A DNA stretch of 64,000 nucleotides, taken from NCBI GenBank assembly GCA_026023565.1, contig JAPETS010000061.1, positions 1-64,000 of the forward strand. Reading direction: 5' to 3'. This stretch comes from Cirrosporium novae-zelandiae. Taxonomy: Eukaryota. Within the stretch, counting starts at the first letter, position 1, and each line of letters starts with the position of its first letter. Of the stretch, positions 24,121-35,980 are shown piece by piece. The position numbers and the translations under genes are program-made. Below the pieces are notes generated by a model. That model saw nothing but the letters and a program-made list of their open reading frames with translations. It did not search any database and was not told where the DNA came from.

Positions 24121-26376
24121 ATGGCAGGTCGTACCAAAAAGTCTACCAAAAAGTTCGAAAAGAACCGTTTAAAAGGCGCACTCGAACGACGAAATGATGT
24201 TGCTAAGATCAAGCAGCGACATCAGCTTCGCGATAAGAAGAAAGCGAAACGAGCTGCGCAGAGAAACGACGACAATTCTGAAGATGACGATCGCAAAGCC
24301 AGCGAGACAACTTCAAAGCAGCAATTTGCTGATATGACTGTCGACGATTTCTTCAAAGGTGGTTTCGAAATTGGCCATCAACCAAACACAACTGAAAAAG
24401 TAGCAAAGAAATCGAAAAAAGGTGAGGTTACGTCAAAGACTGGGAAGCGGAAACGTTCAGACAACCAAAACGACCAGGAAGCTTCTGGGGATGAGCTATC
24501 TGCTGCTAGCTCCGATAGCTCGAACGAGGACCAAGATCCAACGCAAAGCGAGAGCCAATCATCGTCAGACGAGGAAGAAGATGTTGAAACCCACCAAGCA
24601 GAACTGAAGGCGCTCGCAGAAAAAGACCCCGAGTTTTATAAATTCCTTAAAGAAAATGATACTGAGCTACTGGATTTTGCTGAGAATGGCGACCTTGCTG
24701 AAGTGGATGCTTTGAGTGGTGGCGAGGAAGAAGAAACGGGACCCAAGAAGAAAAAGAGAAAGACAGATGATTCCGACGAAGACGACGAGATGGAAGATGA
24801 CGGGAAAGAGGTTACAACGGATATGGTCAAGAAGTGGAAGACAGCAATGTCCGAGCAGCATTCTCTAAGGGCTACACGACAGATTGCTCTCGCATTCAGA
24901 GCTGCAGCACACCTCAACGAGGACGACGGCAAGGTTTACAAATATACCATTTCGAGTCCCGATGTCTATCATGAAATTCTAGTGACGGCTTTGAGACACC
25001 TTCCCGAGGTATTGAACCATCATCTTCCCGCCAAAGAGACTGTGGCAGGCAAAGTTCGAATTGCTACAGAGTCGAAAAAGTTCAAGACTCTTTCCCCGCT
25101 CTTGAGATCACATTCTACATCGGTAGAATACCTTCTTTCAAATCTATCCGATGCGTCTACCTTGAAACTTACACTATCCTCACTCGAGGCCCTCCTACCT
25201 TTCCTCCTTCCATTCCGCAAGGTCCTTAAAGTCCTGATAAAGTCGGTGGTGGACATATGGTCGGATTCCTCCAATACGGAGGCTACCCGCATCACCGCCT
25301 TCATTGTTATCCGCCGTCTTACCGTCCTTTCAGATTCTGGTATTCGGGAGACCATTCTTAAAGTTTTGTATCAATCATTCCTCAAAGCTTCCCGTAATAC
25401 AACGGTCCACACTCTTTCCCATATCAATCTCATGAAAAATTCACTCTCTGAGATCTGGAGTGTCGATATGGATGTAGGCTACACGACAGGATATACTCTT
25501 CTCCGTCAACTTGCTATCCACCTCCGAGCAGCCATAACCCATCCTACGAAAGACGGTCATAAATCAATATATAACCATCAATTTACCCACTCCTTAGACT
25601 TTTTCTCCCGACTTCTATCTACCCACTGTACTGTTCCATCGCCTCTTACGCCTCTTATATATCCTCTGGTCCAACTTACCTTGGGCACGGCACGGCTAAT
25701 TCCAACTCCGACGTTTTTCCCTCTCCGGTTAACGCTGATACGGTCACTTCTCCGCATATCTCGCAGCACCAATACGTACATTCCCCTTGCTCCGCTTATC
25801 CTCGAGGTTCTTAATTCACCCGAAATGCGGACTTCGGCTAAGCCCACGACTCTCAAGCCATTGGATCTTTCTTCTCCGGAGGCATCCAGTATTCTCCTTC
25901 GTGCGGCAACACCATATTTGCACACGCGGGCATACCAAGATGCGCTGGGCCAAGCGTGCACGGATCTTCTTGGCGAGTTTTTCTCCATTCATTCTACGTC
26001 AATTGCTTTCCCGGAGCTCTCGCTGCCTGTTCTGGTCCTTCTCAAACGCTGGCTGAAAGACGTGTCACCGCATGCCAAAGGAAAGTCTCACAGCAACTCC
26101 AAGTCACAGGTGGGAGGCAACAAAAACAGTAAAGTCAATGCACAGGTTGCACTGCTAGTACAGAAAATTGAAGCTAACCGGAAATGGGTCGAGGAGAGAA
26201 GGGCTTCGGTTAAATTTAAGCCGGGAGATAGAGAAGAAGTGGATAGATTCGAGAAAGAGGTGGATGAAACAAAAACACCATTGGGAAGTTGGGTTGATGT
26301 CAGAAAGAAAGGAAGGGAAGAGAGAGAGAAGCTAACGAAGGAGAGGGAAAGAGAAGCAGGGGATGATAGCGAGTAG
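24121..26376 (+). CDS. NOC2: Nucleolar complex protein 2 (60S biogenesis)
   Basis: Single 751-aa ORF: KKSTKKFEKNRL start, LAEKDPEFYKFLKEND..LLDF, RQLAIHLR, LIYPLVQ, FFPLR, IAFPELSLP. Confidence 0.95.
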   Translation: MAGRTKKSTKKFEKNRLKGALERRNDVAKIKQRHQLRDKKKAKRAAQRNDDNSEDDDRKASETTSKQQFADMTVDDFFKGGFEIGHQPNTTEKVAKKSKKGEVTSKTGKRKRSDNQNDQEASGDELSAASSDSSNEDQDPTQSESQSSSDEEEDVETHQAELKALAEKDPEFYKFLKENDTELLDFAENGDLAEVDALSGGEEEETGPKKKKRKTDDSDEDDEMEDDGKEVTTDMVKKWKTAMSEQHSLRATRQIALAFRAAAHLNEDDGKVYKYTISSPDVYHEILVTALRHLPEVLNHHLPAKETVAGKVRIATESKKFKTLSPLLRSHSTSVEYLLSNLSDASTLKLTLSSLEALLPFLLPFRKVLKVLIKSVVDIWSDSSNTEATRITAFIVIRRLTVLSDSGIRETILKVLYQSFLKASRNTTVHTLSHINLMKNSLSEIWSVDMDVGYTTGYTLLRQLAIHLRAAITHPTKDGHKSIYNHQFTHSLDFFSRLLSTHCTVPSPLTPLIYPLVQLTLGTARLIPTPTFFPLRLTLIRSLLRISRSTNTYIPLAPLILEVLNSPEMRTSAKPTTLKPLDLSSPEASSILLRAATPYLHTRAYQDALGQACTDLLGEFFSIHSTSIAFPELSLPVLVLLKRWLKDVSPHAKGKSHSNSKSQVGGNKNSKVNAQVALLVQKIEANRKWVEERRASVKFKPGDREEVDRFEKEVDETKTPLGSWVDVRKKGREEREKLTKEREREAGDDSE

Positions 26377-27307
26377 AAGGAGAAAACAAATTACTGGGTA
26401 TGCAGGGATAAAAGGTTCGGTTAGATTGTTTAAGGGACTTTTTACTTTGTGCCTAAACCCCTGGAAGCTCCTTGTGTTTACATGACAGCTGATGGCTGGA
26501 ACAGAAAATGATCGATGACAATTGTGTACCTCTATAGACCTAGGAAGAAGGGCCGAGGCTCTTTGATTATATCTGCTTATACTTATATTACCTGTATAGG
26601 CAGTGGATCCTATGAGACAATCCTACTGAAAATGGTAATCAGTTGGACAAGCACCAACAACTTATTTACAAAATTATCCCAAAGCCAGTTAGATAATCGA
26701 TGAGTTTGAATGGTTGTTTCTGTCAAGGATAAAGTTACAGTTGGGTTTGAGGTTGTTTTAATTATTGAAGTCTAAATTAGGATGACCGACGAGTTACGAT
26801 GTGCGACGCTTACCCCTTGGCCCTGGCCCTGGTCCACTAAATTGATTAAAACTGTCAAACTTTTCTCCCCGGAACCAAATCTCTCGGAATGCATTGATAC
26901 ATAATCAACACATCAAAAGATTAAACCCCAATAGCCTCTAATGGTATCGTTCCTGAAAGATCTGAGTACCAACTTCTCTACCCAAGACATCCGAAGTCTC
27001 CTCACCAATTTCCCCAGATCTACTTCTAGGCCTCAGCAACAGCAATACCCTATAAGGGCTATTGATCTACCTTTTTTTACCGCCAAATTCTTCCGATCCG
27101 TCGGATACTCGTAGGGCTACCGGATTTTTTTATGCTATGGAACTTATACACCTACCATTTGGGTTGCAATTATACTTGGAGGGCTTGGTCGATAATGCCA
27201 GGTTACAAAGTATATCTACGATGGTTCTCCGTCTTTTTTTGTTCTTCATCGACTTCGAGAAGTGTTTGAATAGTCCCTCTCTTTTTGGTTCCTGAAGTGT
27301 TATCAAA

Positions 27308-28963
27308 ATGGCGTTCAGCACTTTTATTTTATCATTTCTTTCCTTCCTTGGCGTTGCATCAGCACGCTATTGTATGTATGTTGACCAGTAAGTAACCGTC
27401 GACCCATGGAACACTTTTACCCAATCCTGATGATATAATAAAGATGGCATGTCACAACTCTCCCAGGTCGAAACCTCACGGCAGGTATTGACCATGTAAC
27501 TATGGCTTTTCAAGCCACGTCCCTCTTCCTCACCAATCCGCATGGCACCTGGGACCTCTTCGAGAATGTCACCACGATGAGAGCTCGATTCGACGAGGGA
27601 ACCAAGGTATTGGTAGCCATTGGAGGATGGGGAGACACTGGGTTCTCTACTGCTGCTGCAAATGAGACCATGCGCAAGCTCTTCGCGAAGAATGTTGCTG
27701 CTATGCTGAATGAAACCGGTGCTGATGGCGTTGGTTCGTGTTCATTTTTCTTGTCTTGAAACTCTTTTATAGGCTGTGGCAACTGTGCAACTATCTCTAA
27801 CCAGATATCCAATAGACATCGACTGGGAATACCCAGGCGGGAACGGTGCAGACTACAAAACCGTCTCTAATGCAGACAAAGTGTCTGAAATCACCACATT
27901 CCCTCTGCTCATGAAAGAAATCCGCAATGCCATTGGCTGGAACAAGCTGTTGACCGTTGCAACGCCTGGCCTTGAGCGAGACATGATTGCCTTTACAAAC
28001 ACCACCATGCCAAAAATTGTTCCTCTGATTGATTTCATGAATGTAAGGCACCCAATTACCTCGATCATTTTTCCAGAATTTCTTCACTAACATGTATTTG
28101 TGGAGATCATGACGTACGATCTCTTGAACCGCCGCGACAACGTCACCGCACACCACACACCCGTTGTGGGTTCCCTCGAGGCGGTTGATCGCTACCTAGA
28201 CCTCGGTCTCCCAGCCTCCAAAGCCAACCTGGGCTTTGCATTCTATGCGAAATACTTCAGCACAGACCCCGCAAGCGACTGCGCAACTCAACCACTCGGC
28301 TGCACACTAGCTGCCTTGGAAAATGCCGATGGCACGGATAATGGAAAGTCCGGTTCCATGACCTTTGAAACCGTCGCAGCCGTGCCCGACAACATGACCG
28401 TCAGCACGGACGGAACATGCGGCGCCAGCGTCGCAAAGACATGTCCTACTGGAAACTGCTGCTCACAATACGTAAGCCATCCCCCTCCCAACCCCACCAG
28501 ACCCACCCTAGCCCGTGACTAACCTAAAAAACAGGACTACTGCGGTGCAACCTCCGCCTACTGCTCCCTCTCCTGCCAACCCGACTACGGCACCTGCAAC
28601 GGCAGCAGCGCATTGGGTTCCTGGCGCAAAGCGCAAAACAACAGCATCACCGACACCACCCTCGGCGGCGAGTACTACTGGGACTCGGACGCCAACCTCT
28701 TCTGGACGTGGGACACCCCCGCCCTGATCGCCCGCAAGTTTTCGGATATCGTACAGTCGAGGGGTATTGGCGGTATCATGGCGTGGAGTCTGGGTGAGGA
28801 TTCGGATGGGTGGACGCATTTGAGTGCTATGAGTAAGGGGGCGGAGGAGTATGGGCTTTTGAGCAATTCTAGCTCTAGCAGTAGTGCGACGGCTGTTTCG
28901 AGGAAGCAAGTTAGGCATGGTAACCATGGTCGTATGGGACATGCGCATAAGAGACATGTTTAG
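27308..28963 (+). CDS. Secreted GH18 chitinase with inserted chitin-binding (hevein/CBM18) module
   Basis: Signal peptide MAFSTFILSFLSFLGVASA; KVLVAIGGWGD; catalytic GADGV-DIDWEYPGG; NIMTYDL; NLGFAFYAKYF; Cys-rich DGTCG...CPTGNCCSQY-DYCG...YCSLSCQPDYGTC; GGIMAWSLGED. Four introns (about 27388-27443, 27734-27815, 28043-28105, 28472-28534). Confidence 0.92.
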
Positions 28964-29232
28964 GTTGGTTTTCTCCCTTTGGAGGGAAGCTTCTTGGTTT
29001 ATGTTGGAACACTTATCTGCACATACTTCGATTCATCCTTTGTTTATTACCCTACATTTTATAGAATAACCTACTTGCTTATATATATATATGTACATAT
29101 GTATATACCTGACATGCTCAAATCTAACCAAACATAATTCATATAAATTCCAAATAATGAACTGCCATGTAACATAAAAGAAAAAGAAAAAGAAAATATA
29201 TATATAGGCTTATTGATTGTTACGGCCTAGCT

Positions 29233-29272
29233 AGGTATATATCTATCCTAACACTAGGTTATCCGCTCAAGT
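29233..29272 (+). repeat. ~40 bp imperfect dispersed repeat, copy 1 (others at 29800-29830 partial and 31565-31608)
   Basis: AGGTATATATCTATCCTAACACTAGGTTATCCGCTCAAGT aligns to AGGTTATATATTCATCCTAACACTGAAGGGGTATCCGCTCAAGT. Confidence 0.6.
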
Positions 29273-31687
29273 GGCGGGATATTCTCTCACGTCCCTTTTG
29301 GCTTGGTTTAGGTAAGAAGAGTGCTGGCTTGCCTTCTAATTAACAGCTTTTTAGGACAAGTTTGATGAATCCGTTTTTTCCTAATAATAATAATAATAAT
29401 TATGTTTAATCTATACCATACTACTACTCGTACAATATAAAACACAAGCTTGTAGTGTTAGAAAAAGCAAGCCCCCACCACCACTCTTTCCTTTTTTCCT
29501 TTCCTTCCTAACCCCAACTAATCCCCCCCCCCCCCTCCCTCCTCCTCCTCCAAAAAAAAAGGAGAACGTGAGATGTGTGAATATCTAGATACCCAGTGTT
29601 TGGATAGGATATATAATGAGTAAGTTAATCAATCACATTACATTACATCACATCACAAATACCTTTCCCATCCCTTCCCTTCTCCCTCCCTCTCTCTCCC
29701 TCCTTACCTACCCACCTACCTATCCTAACCAATATAGGAACGTAATATAACAAATGAATAATTAATTCTGTTATGGCGTAGATAGACAGGTAAGTAGGCA
29801 GGTTATACATTCTAAATCCTAACACTGGGGGGGGGGGGGGGGGGAGAGACAGAAAAAAAAAGCAGTATTAGACTTCCTTATCCTTATTCTTTTAAACAAT
29901 ACTGCTATATGAGTCGATGGTAATTACTTATAATTACATTACATTATAGATACGGATACAGATATTACGACAGACCTATCTTATCTTCCTTTTTGTTAGT
30001 TTTTTGTTAACATCACAAACGCCCTACCTAACTAGCTAGCTACCTAGGTATCCTATACCACACTAATTCCAATTCCAATCCCCAACCTCGTAGCTTATTT
30101 CTTGCAGCTTATTTTCTTGTTATCATTAATTTTATTTACTGTCACTACCCACTCCCTACTGTATGATGCTCGTTCACATTTATATTCATGTTATGCCCCC
30201 TTCCTTCCTTCCTTCTTCGGTATGAAAAAGAAAAAAAAGAAAAAAAAGGAGAGAGAGTATAGAAGCAAAGAAAGGAAAAGGAGAATGATTTGAAGGGAGA
30301 TCTAGTCTGCCTAGGTATTTATTTATTTATTAAGATATTAGATACAAACCTACGTACGTCTTGAAGGGTCTTTCTGTAACTAGTTGGATCTACGCTTCTG
30401 GTAAGAGTAGAAAAGCGGAGAGATGGGGAGGGAGAGATGGAGAAAGAGAGAGAGAGGGCATAACTATACTATATCCATATCAAAACCAAAATGTCTTTGA
30501 TCATTTCTTTTAGAGGGAGGGAGGGGGGAAGAGGTTCATTAGTTCAGTCAATTACCCTACTATAGGTAGACCATTGTGTTCCGAACGAAGCCTCTACTAC
30601 TACTAGTAGTAGGGGATGTGTAGTCTAACTGGTGTAGATAATTATTGTTAACTGATGAGGGGTCTAGAATCTAATAGACTATAAGGTGGAGATAGAGAGA
30701 GAGAGAGAGTTCAACCTTATGAAGAAGGCGGCGACCTTAGACTAGGGCATAATTAATTATACCCTAGCAGTCTTATCTAACCTAATTAATGGTGGAACAA
30801 TGGAACAAGTAGACTATGTTATAATGATAATTATAATTATATAAATTCGTTGGTAGTTGTTGGGTAAGTTGCTGCTGGGTAGGTGATGGACAGTAAGTAG
30901 TGAATAGTTAATTCTGGAAACAAAGCGTATTTGGTCTGTACTGTACTGTATGTATGTATGTATGTATGTATATATGTGAAAAATTAACCAAGTAATTGGT
31001 ATAAGAGTTGTCCAGACTATCTTTCTATTTAATATCCTGCTATTATTCACGCCTCACGCCTCACGCCTCACCTCACCTCCCCCACTGGCATATCACTTAT
31101 CAAAGCCTAATAAAAAAAACCCCCCAAACGTCTCGTTTTATTTCATTTTTATTACTTACCCTACTTATCCACTTACCATGGTTATATATATATATATATA
31201 GATGGATGGATGAATAGACTCAAGAAGAACTGGTTAATTAGGTAATTAGGCAACTAGGTAACTAACTGGACTGGGGGCATCCTATCCCATCCCGTCCCGT
31301 CCCGTCATTGGCTATTCGTATGAGTGTATGTTTTTTTTCTTTTTGTGCGTCCTCTCTTGGTAAGGGGGTGGGTTCTCTCTCACTTGGTAGGCTGATAAGT
31401 CCATAGTTCGGTACTACTTTATTTCTATTTCATCTTATTTTATCTTTATTTATTGGTCATTAGTTATTAGTTATTAAACAAACAACCATCGATGGCCTAG
31501 ATAGCCCAAACAGACCAAATACAAATACAAATTAAGTTGTGCAAGTGTTACGATGTAGTCAACCAGGTTATATATTCATCCTAACACTGAAGGGGTATCC
31601 GCTCAAGTCGCTGATGTCTAGACAAACAAATCAAGACGCTAAAGCTCACGACAGACCTCGCCCTCCCTCCTGATATCAACATCACCT

Positions 31688-33253
31688 TCATCGCCAGCTA
31701 AGACGTATTTGACCATTCGCCTCAATCGTAAAACCAACATCCCCCTCCTCACCCTCTTCTTCTCCAGATGTCCCCAATACCTCCACCTCCACCTCCTCCT
31801 TTCCATTATCACCCTCATCCCTACCTCTACCCTCTTCTTCCCCAGACGTCCTTGACACCTCCGGCTCCTCTACCGGCCCCTCTACCTTCTCTCCAACCTT
31901 CTCCCCAACCTTCTCCCATACATTTTCCAACCCCCCGGCCCTCCACTTCCTCCTTAGCGCCTCATACCCCCCCCGATCATAAATATCCCAAAACTCGCTC
32001 TCGTCGTAGTACGTCTTGGCGTAGAGCCATTTCTTGCCGCCTAGTTGCTTGACCTTGGCTTCTAGGACTCTGTTGTGTTTGACGGCTGGCGAGGGTGCGT
32101 GGGTAGACATGAGGGTAGACCGAGGCAGGAGACCCCACACGCCGACGTTGAGCAGAAAGGGTGGGTTTGTGGGGAAGGCGTGCATTGGGGCGTGGGTGTC
32201 TGAGGCGATGGGACAGAGCCAGAGCGGGTAGATGCCGAGGTTTGGGTCGAGCCAGTCGATGAAGGCCTGGGCGCTTTCGGATGGGAGAGTCAGGTCCTGG
32301 ATAAGGAATTTTTCTGCTGATCGACCACTGGCGTGGAGGGCCTTGTAGAGGTTTCGGGTTCGCATTAGCGGGTTTAGGAGGAAGCGGGTGAAAGCGTTGA
32401 AGGGGAGGCAGGGGGAAAACTTCTGGCTGTAGCTGCCCATCCAGAAGGCACCTCGATCGTAGCGGAAGAGGTATGAGGTTAGAGGTACGATAAAGGTAGT
32501 GGGGGTTTTGGATTTGGTCCGCGAGGCGTGAATGTAGAACCAGGGGTCCGAGGCGCGGTGGAATTTGACGAGTGGATGGCTAGCTTTGCTTGTGAGGCGG
32601 CCTAGAACGAGGATGCTTCGCATTGGGGAGAAGACGATGGCGTCGATGTAGTCGTATTGGGATTCTGCTGACATGAGGGTGTTCAGGGCGGAGATGACAG
32701 AGGGTATGTCGGTGAAGGGCGTGTATGTGAGTTTGACGTATTTTTTGGCGGGGCGCAGTTTGATTTTGAGGAGCGTGATGACGCCTAGGGTGCCAAAGGA
32801 GCCGGCGGCGCCATAGAAAAGGTCGGGGTTCTGGAGAGGGGATGCCTTTTCGATGGTTCCGTCTGCGAGGATGATTTCGATGTTGTAGACGGAGTTGTCG
32901 AAGAATCCGTGTTTGAAGGATGAGCTTTCGGCGGCGGTGCCGGAGAATGCTCCGCCCACGGTTATTCCTGGGAATTCGGGGACGACGAGGGGAACGAGGT
33001 CGCATTTGAGTGTGGCGGTGACGAGGGCATCCATGGGCACGTTGGGCTCGACGATGGCGGTTCGGGTTTCGGTATTGACGTCGAGGACATTTTTCAAGGA
33101 GCTGATGTCCACCATCTCTTTGCCCTTGTTTTTCTTAAGGAGTTGACGTGTGCTGTTGGTGGAGCCATGGTATATCCGGAAGGGCTTTTTTTGCTCGTAG
33201 AGTTTGGCGATTTGTGCTGAGAGGTACTCAACGACCCTTTCGTGTGCTTCCAT
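31688..33253 (-). CDS. FAD-linked oxidoreductase, Delta24-sterol reductase (DHCR24)-like
   Basis: FRIYHGSTNSTR, VEPNVPMDALV, VVPEFPGITVGGAFSGTAAESSSFKHGFFD, DLFYGAAGSFGTLG, YLFRYDRGAFWMG, YPLWLCP, GGKKWLYA; single exon, ATG at 33253. Confidence 0.9.
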   Translation of the reverse strand: MEAHERVVEYLSAQIAKLYEQKKPFRIYHGSTNSTRQLLKKNKGKEMVDISSLKNVLDVNTETRTAIVEPNVPMDALVTATLKCDLVPLVVPEFPGITVGGAFSGTAAESSSFKHGFFDNSVYNIEIILADGTIEKASPLQNPDLFYGAAGSFGTLGVITLLKIKLRPAKKYVKLTYTPFTDIPSVISALNTLMSAESQYDYIDAIVFSPMRSILVLGRLTSKASHPLVKFHRASDPWFYIHASRTKSKTPTTFIVPLTSYLFRYDRGAFWMGSYSQKFSPCLPFNAFTRFLLNPLMRTRNLYKALHASGRSAEKFLIQDLTLPSESAQAFIDWLDPNLGIYPLWLCPIASDTHAPMHAFPTNPPFLLNVGVWGLLPRSTLMSTHAPSPAVKHNRVLEAKVKQLGGKKWLYAKTYYDESEFWDIYDRGGYEALRRKWRAGGLENVWEKVGEKVGEKVEGPVEEPEVSRTSGEEEGRGRDEGDNGKEEVEVEVLGTSGEEEGEEGDVGFTIEANGQIRLSWR

Positions 33254-34472
33254 TGTCAAATGATATTATGAGGATGTTGTTAGGATATAGATATGGCAAA
33301 GGTGTTAATAGGATGAAAAAGTGGACGGGTGAAGATGATAGGAAATAAAGTAGTGATTCTGAAGATATCCCACATTTTAGCAGAGGCAGACCAGGAATAT
33401 ATAGTCCCATCTTACAGGTATAGTTCAAAGCACCCAAATACAGAAGCTCCGAGACATCAATCAACTAGACTATAATGAGGGGGTTTGCGCTTTTTTTCAA
33501 AAAAACTATAACATCAAAAGAGGCTTGTCTGGTTCCCGCTCTGATTCCCGCGCTGACTCCTTCGAGATGAACATATGAACTCGGCTGGAAAAGAATGAAT
33601 AATACCATCACTTTCGAGAGCGGAACTGCTGTGGAGAGAGCCCAAGCAACAAGACGGCAAAGACAAACACCTTAAACTTGAAAGCAAGAACAAGGAAATA
33701 ACGATTAAGAAGAGCCTATTGGAAATTTATTCAAATTGAATCACAATTACGACAGAGAGGTTCGTGATAGCAAGAAAGAGAGGAGGGAAAATATACTGAA
33801 TGTATGCCTGAGGACGTATATACTCCCATCACAAATCTAGTTCGAAGTTATCATCTGGTCAGTCTGCAACTTCACGCGACTCATCTTTTCTAGGAGATAT
33901 CACATCATGTCCATAAATGTTTATATGTAGGAATATAAAAGGATTATTTCAATGACTCGGCAAGAGATGTAGTTCTGTTAACCTTATCTTGGCTAATCGC
34001 TAAATGGCGCCGTTCGTCTATTTGGGCTCTCGGTCTCCATAAATATTCACTCTACTGACATCAAAGTGTAAACCAGTCAATGCTCGCTCAATCTCGCACT
34101 AAACAAGCACTGTCCCTGTGCATCATCTGCTAATGTTTCGAAGAAGCTTAAATTACGTTAAACAAAATATAAAAGAGAAGAAAAAAAGTCCTCGGCCTGC
34201 TTCTTCTAAATGTCGGTTTTAACTACATAGCCATCCACATTCACAGGTTCCGTTACAACCCCCAGCTATTGGACAAAATATATTCCTTGATTTTGACAAC
34301 CCCAATCAATGGTCTAGTCGGGTCATCACACTTATTCCATCATTCCAACCTCTGAAAAGTACCGAGATTTACCTCCATCTTGACATATTAATCCCTACAA
34401 CCCCCCCCCCCCCCACAAGCCTTACCATATACCTACTACCCTAACCTCCATCTATTCATCTATCAATCCAAA

Positions 34473-34712
34473 ATGTGCTTTGGACTCTCAGACGGCCCTA
34501 ACCGCCATGGCCGTCAATCCTCCCCACCAGTTCACCGTCCCCTTATCTACCCTGACGTCTCCGACCCGACGAAATCGGCCGATCCAACCAAAGTAGCAGC
34601 ATGCGCAAAACCGAGGGGCCAAGTGTCGCCTGGTCGAGAAAAAGAGGAGGCTCAGAGAGGCAGAAAATTGCCTATAACGAGGCCGTACAAAAGGAAATAT
34701 TTTGCTGGGTGA
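34473..34712 (+). CDS. Putative small orphan protein (79 aa)
   Basis: ATG in CAAAATG context after a C/T-rich leader; GC-richer than flanks; no recognisable domain. Confidence 0.35.
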   Translation: MCFGLSDGPNRHGRQSSPPVHRPLIYPDVSDPTKSADPTKVAACAKPRGQVSPGREKEEAQRGRKLPITRPYKRKYFAG

Positions 34713-35858
34713 AGAATGTGGTGAATGAATGATTCTTCCATGGTACGATAGTAGGAGCTGTGTAGTTGGTAAGATGTTAAAACAAATTTTGAAAAAGGAC
34801 TATGAGGGTGGGATGATGGATCTGCACGAAAGATTGAGCTCTATAGGGGCATAATCGCGAAATTTAAGGGTATGCTTGTATTATCTATCGCATGGAGCAG
34901 ATCACGATCATGCATACAAAGGTATGCGTAACAGCTATATTTACAGACCACGACTGAATTCAAATTACTAGACTACCTACCCTACTAGCGTACCATCACA
35001 AAGAAAAGATATCTAACCCAGACGGTATTTCTACTACTACAAATTAAGCAAACGTGAAATTTCCTTAGTCTCTCTCTCTCTCGGCTCGAATTCTCCCGAG
35101 TTTCTCTCAGACATGACTATAATGATCAATTCTTTACCAACACTGTACAATCACATTTTACATCCCCATGTCTTAAATCTGAACTTGATCCCAACTCCTT
35201 ATACTTTATCGAAAGCCGAAGCTCTAGATATCGAGTATTGTCCTTCCCTACTTTAGGCTAAGATGAAGAAGGGGGGGGGGGGGACATTCCATTCCATTCC
35301 CCTCGAGAGAGGGGCCTTGCTACTTCATATCACAACCCACACCCATAGTAAAACCAAACCCTAAAGTAAAAAAAAAACCCCTAAGAGCAAGACACCTAAA
35401 AAACTAACAAACTTCGAAAATCGATTCAGGATAAAAAAAGAAGACGGTCGTGTGTTTACGCAAATAAATGGATGATGGTACTCTATCTTGGATTGAGTTT
35501 AAGGATTTCTATCTCCCTCCCTTTTTTCTTTTCCCCCTCACATCCACATTAACCCCACTCTGAATACCTTCTCGAACTCATTTATCTCATTAATTAGCAT
35601 TAACCCGACTAAGTTTTAATAAAGTTGTTTTTGGTGTTTAGGTTACCCATGTAGATACAATATCCCAACTACAGTACTTACTTCTAAGGACTACGGAAAG
35701 ATAGAGAAAGAAAGAGAGAAAAAGTAACAGATTTTTAAATTCATTAATGTAGCTACCTAGGTGGTAGTTTGTAAAGATTTTTTTTTTTCTTTTTGTTCTG
35801 TTTCAGTCATCCATGTCGCTTTTTCATTGTGCGTTTCGTATGCCGTGATTTACATCGA

Positions 35859-35980
35859 CGTCTAGGGAAGGGAATCGACCAAACCAAATAGATGGTCTGA
35901 TCCTGACCGATCAGACCGATCAGACCGACTAGATCAAGGGGATTAGTCTAGTCAGTTTAGTCAATTCCCTTCCCTGGATG
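35859..35980. repeat. Imperfect inverted repeat (~34 bp arms) enclosing GACCGATCA tandem units
   Basis: Left arm CGTCTAGGGAAGGGAATCGACCAAACCAAATAGA vs reverse complement of right arm CATCCAGGGAAGGGAATTGACTAAACTGACTAGA. Confidence 0.75.
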
